The notes below the pieces were generated by a model. It did not search any database. It was given only the letters and a program-made list of their open reading frames with translations, and was not told the origin of the DNA. From Candidatus Coproplasma stercoripullorum (GTDB lineage: Bacteria > Bacillota > Clostridia > Christensenellales > Borkfalkiaceae): a stretch of 64,000 bases of DNA. Positions 46,319 to 53,885 of the stretch are shown one piece after another. The translations under genes and the position numbers were made by a program. The DNA is taken from NCBI GenBank assembly GCA_018712405.1, contig DVHB01000062.1, forward strand, positions 1,684 through 65,683, in the 5' to 3' direction. Position 1 is the stretch's first letter, and every line of letters starts with the position of its first letter.

Positions 46319-47251
46319 ATGAACTTGTCATTTCTTCCGCCCGAAATACTGTCTGCTGTCAACAACGTAAATTTAAATTATCTTACGGAAATACGTTTAA
46401 GGCGTGGACAACCGGTGCTAATTGAGTACTGCGGCGAATATAAATATCTGAACTCGGGCGGCGCGAGCGGGCGCGGCAGCGGCGCGTTGATCTGCATGGA
46501 TATTGCAGGCATTCTGAATAAGGCAATGGACGGTTGCGTTTACAGCTATGCCGAGGAGTTAAAGCAGGGATTTATAACTGTTGGCGGCGGTATAAGGATA
46601 GGCGTCGCGGGAGAATATGTAACCGAAGGCGGACAGGTAAAGACGATAGCGAGGGCAACGTCTTTGAATATAAGAATACCTCACAGGGCAGAGGGGTGTT
46701 CGGACAGAGTGTTCAAGGCTATCTTTAAAGACGGACTGAACAGTGCGTTGTTCTATTCACGCCCGGGGCTGGGCAAAACTACAATGCTGCGCGACCTGAC
46801 GTCACGCATTTCGCACGAACACAGTGCAAACATACTCGTTCTCGATACGCGTAACGAGATAGGCGGCGCGGGGGAGGTCTATAACCTCGGCGAGACGGTC
46901 GATGTCGTTAAGAGCTGTGAAAAACTGCCCTCGCTAAAGAGTGCGATAAGAGCGATGCGCCCGGAGCTGATCGTCACGGACGAGCTGTACGGCGAAAACG
47001 ATGCGGCCGCCGTAAAGTTTGCGCGCGACTGTGATATAGCAGTCGTAGCTTCGTCGCATGTATGCGACAGAGATTACTTAAGGTCGCTGCCCTTTGATTT
47101 TTTTATAAAGCTCAACGGCATAAATCTTGAACCTGAAATATATGATAAAGATTTTAATACTGTTTGCAATAATAGCGCTTACGACAGCCGTGGGGGTGCT
47201 GCTCTCGGCAGAAAAGAAAAAGAAGGCGGCGGTATTCGCCGAACTGTATGA
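46319..47251 (+). CDS. spoIIIAA: Stage III sporulation protein AA (AAA-type ATPase)
   Basis: Walker A SRPGLGKTTMLRD and Walker B LIVTDEL. It is the first gene of an eight-gene spoIIIA-type cluster. Confidence 0.85.
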   Translation: MNLSFLPPEILSAVNNVNLNYLTEIRLRRGQPVLIEYCGEYKYLNSGGASGRGSGALICMDIAGILNKAMDGCVYSYAEELKQGFITVGGGIRIGVAGEYVTEGGQVKTIARATSLNIRIPHRAEGCSDRVFKAIFKDGLNSALFYSRPGLGKTTMLRDLTSRISHEHSANILVLDTRNEIGGAGEVYNLGETVDVVKSCEKLPSLKSAIRAMRPELIVTDELYGENDAAAVKFARDCDIAVVASSHVCDRDYLRSLPFDFFIKLNGINLEPEIYDKDFNTVCNNSAYDSRGGAALGRKEKEGGGIRRTV

Positions 47252-47567
47252 ATATAATGAATTGTTGCTTTTAAACCTGAAGTTCGGGAGAGATGATATG
47301 AGAACTCTCGCAAAGAAGTTCAGGTACATGGGCGACATGATAGACGGAAAACCGCTTTTAAACGGGGACGATGAAGAATTTATAAAGAGTTATGTTCAAA
47401 ATCTTGGAGTTACCGACGCATATTCGCAAATAGATTATTTGAGCGAAAGGAAATCGTACATCAAAAAACATAAGGACGAGGGTTTTGCCGATTACAAGAA
47501 ATACAGCTCGCTGTATGTTAAAATATTTCTTATGCTCGGCATACTTATCGCCGTTCTTCTTGTGTAA
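47127..47567 (+). CDS. spoIIIAB: Stage III sporulation protein AB
   Basis: N-terminal TM helix plus a soluble domain, in second position of the cluster. It overlaps the spoIIIAA 3' end by about 110-125 nt. Confidence 0.7.
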   Translation: MNLKYMIKILILFAIIALTTAVGVLLSAEKKKKAAVFAELYEYNELLLLNLKFGRDDMRTLAKKFRYMGDMIDGKPLLNGDDEEFIKSYVQNLGVTDAYSQIDYLSERKSYIKKHKDEGFADYKKYSSLYVKIFLMLGILIAVLLV

Positions 47568-47765
47568 ATGGATATTAGCATAATTTTTAAAATTGCCGCC
47601 GTAGGCATAATAGTCACTATAATCTGCCAGATACTAAAAAAATCTGACAGGGACGACATTGCTACTATAGTCAGCTTGGTGGGGCTTATAATTGTACTCG
47701 CTGCGGTGATATCTATGATAACCGACCTCTTTGAACAAGTAAGGGAATTGTTTGAGTTGTTCTGA
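47568..47765 (+). CDS. spoIIIAC: Stage III sporulation protein AC
   Basis: 65 aa, two TM helices, conserved position and size. Confidence 0.8.
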   Translation: MDISIIFKIAAVGIIVTIICQILKKSDRDDIATIVSLVGLIIVLAAVISMITDLFEQVRELFELF

Positions 47766-48157
47766 TGGTAATATTAAGGTTGTGCGCCATAGCTGCCATT
47801 ACGGCTATATGTGCCCTGATATTGAAATCGCATAAATCTGAACTGGTTCCGCTGTGCCTTGCTGCGGGCGGTCTCATCATGATATTGTACGCATTTGACT
47901 ACGTTTCACAGAGTGTTGAACTTTTGCGGCAATTTACCGAACAGACCGGCATCAGCAGTTCGGTCGTACGGGTGATATTCAAAATAATCGGCATAGGCTA
48001 CATAGTAGAACTGACCGCCTCGTCTGTTAAAGACCTCGGATTTGAAAGTATAGCGGACAAGCTGGTGATGTGCGGCAGAATATTGATATTTTTGATGGCA
48101 GTGCCCATACTTAAAAGTTTGTACGACGTGATCGTGTCGCTCATAGGGCTGGTATGA
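47765..48157 (+). CDS. spoIIIAD: Stage III sporulation protein AD
   Basis: 130 aa, four hydrophobic segments, conserved position and size. Confidence 0.8.
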   Translation: MVILRLCAIAAITAICALILKSHKSELVPLCLAAGGLIMILYAFDYVSQSVELLRQFTEQTGISSSVVRVIFKIIGIGYIVELTASSVKDLGFESIADKLVMCGRILIFLMAVPILKSLYDVIVSLIGLV

Positions 48158-49359
48158 AATTTTTAAGGATTTCAAAACAAAAGGCCGCGCTGCTGGCCGT
48201 AATAATGTTCTTTATTCTGCTGATGGCCGGCGTGCCGGTCTTGGGGGCTGCCGCGGACGAAGACGACGGGGAGGAACAGCTTTCGCAGAATATCGACGAC
48301 GTCCTCGAAGGACTGGATCTTTCCGAATTGCAGCAATACCTCGATGAAAACTCCGACAGTTATCTCTTTAATTTCGGCGACAATGCAGAAGAGATTATAC
48401 GCTATCTGATAAACGGTAACATAGGGACGGATTACGGGAGCTATATAACGGAAATTCTTTCGGTGGTTTTTTCCGACGTGGTTTCCCTTCTTCCCGCTTT
48501 TGCGGAGGTGGTGGCGATATCGCTGCTGTGCGCCGTGTTTTCCGGGGCTGAGGGAAGTGTGCTCGGGAAATCAACATCGCGCGTAGTAAAACTTGCCTGT
48601 TACTCGCTTGTTGTAGCCATAGTTTCTACCGCTTTGGTCGAAGTCGTAAGCGAGTGCATAAGTTGCGTAACGTCATTGCAAAAGCAGATGGAAATAATCT
48701 CGCCGATACTTATAACGCTCACCGTGCTAACGGGAGGGACTGGTTCGGCTGCGGTATACCAACCCTCGGCTGTATTCCTTTCTGGCGGGGCGGTTGAGAT
48801 AGTTAACGGTTTTATCTTCCCTGCGGCAATAGCGGCGGCCGTTTTGAACTTTATGTCAAAAATAAACCCGCAAATTTCTTTTACAGGGATGTCGAAACTG
48901 CTGAAGAGCATAATTAAATGGACTTTGGGCATAACAGTCACAATTTTCAGTGTGTTTCTTACAGTTCAGAGTTCGGCCACATCATTGTTTGACGGAGTTT
49001 TCTTCAAGGTCTCCAAATATATAATAGGCAACTCGGTCCCAATAGTGGGCGGCTTTCTTTCGGGCGGATTTGACCTGCTCACCGCGGCTGGACTTCTGAT
49101 AAAAAATTCTGTAGGTATGTGTGGCATAGTACTGCTTATAATGCAGATTTCCGCCCCGCTGGTATTGCTCATAGCATTTTCACTCCTTTTGAAGGTCGCG
49201 GGAGCAGTCGTGCAGGCTGCCGGAGAAAAGGAACTTTATTCACTTTTTTCAGATCTTTCATCAGATACGGAATATTTTATTGCAGGGCTTTTGGTTGTGG
49301 CATTCATGTATTGCCTGCTGATAATGCTTGTGATTAACTCTGCCAATTCATTCATATGA
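48154..49359 (+). CDS. spoIIIAE: Stage III sporulation protein AE
   Basis: 401 aa with a signal/anchor and a polytopic membrane domain. Conserved position and size. Confidence 0.85.
   Translation: MKFLRISKQKAALLAVIMFFILLMAGVPVLGAAADEDDGEEQLSQNIDDVLEGLDLSELQQYLDENSDSYLFNFGDNAEEIIRYLINGNIGTDYGSYITEILSVVFSDVVSLLPAFAEVVAISLLCAVFSGAEGSVLGKSTSRVVKLACYSLVVAIVSTALVEVVSECISCVTSLQKQMEIISPILITLTVLTGGTGSAAVYQPSAVFLSGGAVEIVNGFIFPAAIAAAVLNFMSKINPQISFTGMSKLLKSIIKWTLGITVTIFSVFLTVQSSATSLFDGVFFKVSKYIIGNSVPIVGGFLSGGFDLLTAAGLLIKNSVGMCGIVLLIMQISAPLVLLIAFSLLLKVAGAVVQAAGEKELYSLFSDLSSDTEYFIAGLLVVAFMYCLLIMLVINSANSFI
49125..49134 (+). repeat. Partial copy of the recurrent motif (CATAGTACTG)
   Basis: GGCATAGTACT is shared with the 61430 copy. 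Both encode G-I-V-L in TM segments. Confidence 0.4.
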
Positions 49360-49790
49360 CAGCATATCTTATAACCGCCTGCGGCGCGGTGTTTTTATCC
49401 GTAGTGGTTTCATTTATAATTCCGCAGGGTAAGCTCAACAGCACCATAACTTTTGTTCTGCGCATAGTGTGCATAGCTATACTCATTTCACCGCTTGCGG
49501 GGCTGTTCACCATATCAGACGAGCAGTTCGACGATATGGTTGATTACGGATATATATGTGCGCTTTATTCCGAAAACCAGAGCAAGGCGCTTGAGGAATG
49601 TCTTATGGAGGAATATTCCGCGCGCTCTGAGTGTTCGGTGGAAATTGTGTTTAGCGACGAGAAGGGATTTTACGCGGAAAGCGTGGAAGTTTGTCTTATC
49701 GGGTCGTATGGCGATTTGTCTGACAAAATTTATGAATATTTGGAGGAAGCCGATTATATAAATATAACTGTATATGAAAGCGCTGACTGA
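49356..49790 (+). CDS. spoIIIAF: Stage III sporulation protein AF
   Basis: 144 aa with two N-terminal TM helices plus a soluble domain. Assigned mainly by position. Confidence 0.6.
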   Translation: MTAYLITACGAVFLSVVVSFIIPQGKLNSTITFVLRIVCIAILISPLAGLFTISDEQFDDMVDYGYICALYSENQSKALEECLMEEYSARSECSVEIVFSDEKGFYAESVEVCLIGSYGDLSDKIYEYLEEADYINITVYESAD

Positions 49791-50124
49791 GTGGTTTAAA
49801 GATAAAAAGAAGATAATTGTCGTAGTGCTGCTCATAATACTGCTTATAGCTGCGGTATTTCTCTTTTTCGGTGGCGAGAGTAACGCTAGCGTTCTCGGCG
49901 ATGCCATGAAGTCAGATACTGAGTTGCGCCTTACTGCTTTGCTGGAAAGCATGGACGGCATAGATAGCGTCGAAGTTATGGTTACCGAGGATGAAGGAGT
50001 TGTGACAGGCGTAGTCGTTGTATGTGACGGCGCGGACCGCATTATGATAAGAAACGATATATTGAACGCCGTATCTACGGCGCTGAATATAAATAAAAAC
50101 ATTATTGCTATTTATTCAATGTAA
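49774..50124 (+). CDS. spoIIIAG: Stage III sporulation protein AG (short form)
   Basis: 116 aa with an N-terminal TM helix and a C-terminal ring-building-type segment (VEVMVTEDEGVVTGVVVVCDGADRIMIRNDILNAVSTAL). Assigned by position. Confidence 0.6.
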   Translation: MKALTEWFKDKKKIIVVVLLIILLIAAVFLFFGGESNASVLGDAMKSDTELRLTALLESMDGIDSVEVMVTEDEGVVTGVVVVCDGADRIMIRNDILNAVSTALNINKNIIAIYSM

Positions 50125-50134
50125 GGAGAAATTT

Positions 50135-50620
50135 ATGACAAAGAAAAAGAAGATCATCGTAATGTCGTCGCTTGTGTTCCTTCTGGCGCTCACGGCAGTA
50201 CTAAACGTGCTGCTCGCGCAGAATAACGCCGCTCAGGCCGGCGAGACAGTCACCACTGCAAACTATTTTGCGACTTATCGCTCGGAGCGCACGACGACCA
50301 GAAGCGAAGAACTTTTGCAGCTCGACAGCATAATAGCGCTGTACGACGAGACAAGCGAGGAGTATGCCGAGGCTGTCGCCATGAAAATGGATATAGTGGA
50401 AGTCATGGAACAAGAACTTCAGTTGGAGACAATGATAAAGTCTCTCGGCTTTTCCGACGCAGTTGTATCGATAGGCGTAGATTCCGAAAACGTGAATGTG
50501 TTCATCAATTCCGATGAACTCGACATGGATACCGCGCTCTCGATATATGATATGCTCAGAAACGAGGCGGGCATTGCAGCGGGAAATATAATAATTATGC
50601 CCGTTTATTCGGAAATTTGA
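50135..50620 (+). CDS. spoIIIAH: Stage III sporulation protein AH
   Basis: Start chosen at MTKKKKIIVM (RBS AAGGAGAA). TM anchor plus a soluble domain. It is the last gene of the cluster. Confidence 0.65.
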   Translation: MTKKKKIIVMSSLVFLLALTAVLNVLLAQNNAAQAGETVTTANYFATYRSERTTTRSEELLQLDSIIALYDETSEEYAEAVAMKMDIVEVMEQELQLETMIKSLGFSDAVVSIGVDSENVNVFINSDELDMDTALSIYDMLRNEAGIAAGNIIIMPVYSEI

Positions 50621-50630
50621 TTAAAGGCTG

Positions 50631-50659
50631 TTGCAAATCTTTACGGCATGTGCTATAAT
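50631..50659 (+). promoter_or_regulatory. Sigma-A consensus promoter of the asp23-nusB-folD... operon
   Basis: TTGCAA (50631-50636), 17-nt spacer with TGC, TATAAT (50654-50659). Confidence 0.6.
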
Positions 50660-50679
50660 TATATCATAGGAGAATAAAT

Positions 50680-51012
50680 ATGGCACATTTAAGGCACGAT
50701 CCTACACAAAATCAAAAGGGCAAAATAACATACGATTCCGGAATTGTTGACGGAATTGTGGCGCTTGCCATAAGCGAGGTCGACGGAGTTACGCTTTTGA
50801 ATAACAAAAACAAGGGCGTCAGGCTTGAATTCGACAAGAACGGCATAATTGCCGACGTCAGCGTTAAAGTTGATTACGGTTATAATGTTGCTTCGCTCGC
50901 GTTCCGTATTCAGCAGTCCATAAAACACAATGTGGAATCCATGACCAAGTTCAAAGTGGATAAGATCAACGTGCATATTCAGGACGTAGATTTCCCTGAT
51001 AATTTAGCGTAA
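50680..51012 (+). CDS. Asp23/Gls24 family envelope stress protein
   Basis: GKITYDSGIVDGIVALAISEVDGV, typical of Asp23 / alkaline shock proteins. Confidence 0.85.
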   Translation: MAHLRHDPTQNQKGKITYDSGIVDGIVALAISEVDGVTLLNNKNKGVRLEFDKNGIIADVSVKVDYGYNVASLAFRIQQSIKHNVESMTKFKVDKINVHIQDVDFPDNLA

Positions 51013-51018
51013 TAACTG

Positions 51019-51056
51019 ATATTCCCTTTGTCATTCAAAGCCAAAGGGAATATTTT
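51019..51056 (+). terminator. Hairpin / partial terminator between asp23 and nusB
   Basis: 12-bp perfect stem ATATTCCCTTTG / CAAAGGGAATAT with an 11-nt loop, followed by TTTTA. Confidence 0.5.
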
Positions 51057-51074
51057 ACTAAGTAAAGGACGCTT

Positions 51075-51479
51075 ATGAGGACGAAAGCAAGAGAAACATT
51101 ATTTAAAATTTTATTTTCATCGCAGTTTGTTCAGCCCGTGGACAAGAGTTTCCGCCTCGGTCTGTACAGAGCGGGCGAACTTAACGAGGACGACGTTAAA
51201 TATTGCGACAGGGTGCTATCTCTCATAGAGGAACATTCGGCCGACATTTCTTCGCTGATAGATAAAAAATCGCTCGCCTTTCCCGAGGCGCGTCTGTTTC
51301 CCGCCGACCGCAGCGTGCTGTTTATTGCCATTGCCGAAATTTTGTATTGCGACGATGTTCCTGATAAAGTTGCCGCCAGCGAGGCGGCGAACATAGCTTC
51401 GCGCTATTCGTCAGAGAAGTCGGCTTCATTTATAAGCGGAATACTTTCGGCAGTCATCAGTGACAAGAAGAATTTATAA
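51075..51479 (+). CDS. nusB: Transcription antitermination factor NusB
   Basis: 134 aa, ARETLFKILF... with an all-helical pattern. Conserved position upstream of folD. Confidence 0.8.
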   Translation: MRTKARETLFKILFSSQFVQPVDKSFRLGLYRAGELNEDDVKYCDRVLSLIEEHSADISSLIDKKSLAFPEARLFPADRSVLFIAIAEILYCDDVPDKVAASEAANIASRYSSEKSASFISGILSAVISDKKNL

Positions 51480-51500
51480 ATCTCATTCAGGGGGTGCAGT

Positions 51501-52346
51501 ATGTATAAGATAATCGACGGAAAAAAACTTGCGCATGCAATGCGCGCCGATATCAGAGAGAAAATCGCAGCATATAAAGAGAGCGCCGGAAGGGAAATAG
51601 GGCTTGCCGTGGTACTCGTAGGAGAAGATCCTGCTTCGCAGGTGTACGTCCGCAACAAAATAAAGGCGTGCGAAGAAGTGGGGATAAAGTCGTTCGCCTA
51701 TTACCTTGATAAAGATACTGCCCAGGCGAGAGTGGAGGAACTTATCAAGAGTCTTGCCGTCGATAACAAGATAAACGGCATACTTGTCCAGCTGCCGCTG
51801 CCTTCGCACCTCGATGCGAAAAAAATTCTCGAACTCATACCCTATTCCAAGGATGTCGACGGTTTTTCTGCGGAAAATACCGGAAAGCTCTCTATGAACG
51901 AGCCGTGTCTCGTTGCCTGTACGCCGAACGGCGTGATGAAGATGTTCGAGAGCGAAGATATATCTCTTTCCGGCAAAAGTGCTGTAGTCATCGGTCGTTC
52001 CAACATAGTGGGCAAGCCTATGGCGATGTTGCTGACCAACGCCGACGCTACTGTAACGCTCTGTCACAGCAAGACAAAAAATCTGAAAGAGATATGCGCT
52101 TCGGCCGACATAATAGTGGCTGCCGCAGGAAAAGCTAAATTTGTGACGGCCGACATGGTAAAAGACGGTGCGGTCGTGATAGACGTCGGCATGGACCGCG
52201 ATGAAAGCGGCAAACTGTGCGGCGACGTTGATTTTGAAAACGTCAAGGAGAAGTGCTCGTACATAACCCCCGTGCCCGGCGGCGTAGGACCAATGACGAT
52301 CACAATGCTCATGTATAACACCTATCTTTCCGCTGCAAGGAGCTGA
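51501..52346 (+). CDS. folD: Bifunctional methylenetetrahydrofolate dehydrogenase / methenyltetrahydrofolate cyclohydrolase
   Basis: VGEDPASQVYVRNK, GILVQLPLP, GRSNIVGKP and PVPGGVGPMT motifs. Confidence 0.93.
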   Translation: MYKIIDGKKLAHAMRADIREKIAAYKESAGREIGLAVVLVGEDPASQVYVRNKIKACEEVGIKSFAYYLDKDTAQARVEELIKSLAVDNKINGILVQLPLPSHLDAKKILELIPYSKDVDGFSAENTGKLSMNEPCLVACTPNGVMKMFESEDISLSGKSAVVIGRSNIVGKPMAMLLTNADATVTLCHSKTKNLKEICASADIIVAAAGKAKFVTADMVKDGAVVIDVGMDRDESGKLCGDVDFENVKEKCSYITPVPGGVGPMTITMLMYNTYLSAARS

Positions 52347-52352
52347 TTTACT

Positions 52353-53231
52353 TTGGATTCATTCAAGGAAAAATACGGGGAGTATCTGGCCTCGTTTGAA
52401 GCACGTCTGAAAAAATTTTATGACGAGCTCGACTGTAAGCCCGAGCTTTTAGGAGAAAGCCTGAAATACAGCTTGCAGAGCGGAGGCAAGCGAGTGCGGC
52501 CCGTTTTGATGCTGGCCTCTGCTGATCTTGTGGGGGCTAAGGCTGAAGATATTGAAGATTATGCGCTGGCCCTGGAACTCATTCATACCTATTCGCTCAT
52601 CCATGACGATCTCCCCGAGATGGACAACGATGATTACCGCAGGGGCAGGCCGTCCAACCATAAAGTTTTTGGGACGGGCAATGCAGTGCTTGCGGGCGAC
52701 GGGCTTTTGAACACCGCATATTATATGCTGTTCGAGCGCTCTGCCGATGGCAAGCTCTACGCAGACGCGGCAAAATTTCTGTGCGGATGTGCGGGCGTCT
52801 ACGGTATGATAGCGGGGCAGTCGGCCGACCTGTATTGCGCCGAAAATGGCATAAGAAACGGCGATATGCTCGATTTTATAGTGAAAAACAAGACCGGTAA
52901 GCTTATCTCTGCGGCAGTCGCCGTTCCTGCAATCCTGGCGGGCGGAAGATATTTTTTGGAACTGAGGCAATTCGGTGAGGACCTTGGCAAGCTCTTCCAG
53001 CTTGTCGACGATATACTTGACGAAGAGGGAAGCATTCAGAGTCTTGGCAAATCTACGGGGAAAGACAGGCGCGAAAATAAGCTGACCTACGTCACTTTCT
53101 ACGGTATTGACCAGTGCAGGGTATATGCCGATATAATGTTCGACAGGTGTCTGAAGATGCTCGAGGGAATAGAAGGCGATACCTCATTCATGCGCGATGT
53201 TGTAGCGTTCGTGCGATACCGTGAGAATTGA
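52353..53231 (+). CDS. ispA: Farnesyl / geranyl diphosphate synthase
   Basis: TTG start 10 nt after AAGGAG. FARM LIHDDLPEMDNDDYRRG and SARM QLVDDILD. Confidence 0.88.
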   Translation: MDSFKEKYGEYLASFEARLKKFYDELDCKPELLGESLKYSLQSGGKRVRPVLMLASADLVGAKAEDIEDYALALELIHTYSLIHDDLPEMDNDDYRRGRPSNHKVFGTGNAVLAGDGLLNTAYYMLFERSADGKLYADAAKFLCGCAGVYGMIAGQSADLYCAENGIRNGDMLDFIVKNKTGKLISAAVAVPAILAGGRYFLELRQFGEDLGKLFQLVDDILDEEGSIQSLGKSTGKDRRENKLTYVTFYGIDQCRVYADIMFDRCLKMLEGIEGDTSFMRDVVAFVRYREN

Positions 53232-53239
53232 AAATTTAT

Positions 53240-53268
53240 TTGACATTTTTTCTTAGGTATGTTAATAT
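53240..53268 (+). promoter_or_regulatory. Sigma-A type (extended -10) promoter directly upstream of the structured RNA
   Basis: TTGACA (53240-53245), 17-nt spacer ending in TGT, TAATAT (53263-53268). Confidence 0.55.
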
Positions 53269-53274
53269 ATTTAT

Positions 53275-53873
53275 AGTAATATTTTAGTGGCGCAGTATTC
53301 TAGTCAGTTGTTGCAGACGTGAAGGCGGGGTTAAAAGACCGTCGAAGGGCATATCTATGAAGTTTCTGGTGTCTGCTTGCTTTGCCCAAAAGCGGGTGGA
53401 TGCTGGGAGTAAAGGTTTATGGGAACTGCGTAACGGCATATGACAGTCAACCCATTCACCGCGGAGGCCGCAAAATTTGCGGATAAACCTGCTGCCGGGC
53501 GCAAGCTCGGCACAGAGTAGCCTGCCTTGAGTGAAGTCAGCGGATAACAGAACAAAGTTCCCGCGGCGCGGCCACGCCAAAGGCGCTATCGCTGTTTGAA
53601 ATTGACTTTGCAAAAGAGGATAAACCCTGTATCAGCTGTCAAGGAAAGCTTCTAGACTGTTAACGTATTAGAGATTACGGTGTGGACTCAGTGGCGATTC
53701 GGTTGCGCACAAGGTGACTTTGCGCCCGTGCCCTTAAAAGGAAACTGCTTCTTCGGCGACGGGAAGTGGGTGCGGGGGAAATCCTACCGAACCTAAAGCC
53801 GCAAAGTTTATTTAATATAAGCCACTCGGATATTTACTTTTCTACGCACAATAAAATTGTGCGTATTTTATTT
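53275..53873 (+). ncRNA. ole: OLE (ornate, large, extremophilic) RNA candidate
   Basis: About 600 nt with no + strand ORF. It has its own promoter and a 3' hairpin with a U tract. Local helices are dense (e.g. 53468-53482, and 53494-53511 with a GCAA loop). It lies exactly between ispA and a 4-TM protein gene followed by dxs-tlyA-nadK-argR-recN, which is the published ole/oapA context. Not verified with a covariance model. Confidence 0.7.
53843..53873 (+). terminator. Terminator-like hairpin at the 3' end of the RNA
   Basis: TACGCACA-ataaaat-TGTGCGTA followed by TTTTATTT. It ends 12 nt before the next start codon. Confidence 0.6.
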
Positions 53874-53885
53874 AGTTGAACTTTT

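Noticed and set aside
53284-53613. Minus-strand ORFs of 109 aa and 66 aa inside the ispA-dxs gap
   Set aside because: They have no RBS and a Cys/Arg/Pro-rich composition, and they lie antisense to a region better explained as structured RNA with its own + strand promoter and terminator.
53232-53885. Alternative identities for the structured gap: RNase P RNA, tmRNA, a cobalamin or other riboswitch, or a group II intron
   Set aside because: I found no GAGGAAAGTCC-type RNase P core and no tmRNA tag ORF or CCA-ending acceptor. A B12 box was not evident. The region is far too long for a riboswitch leader and too short for a group II intron, and it lacks an intron-encoded protein. The synteny points specifically to OLE.
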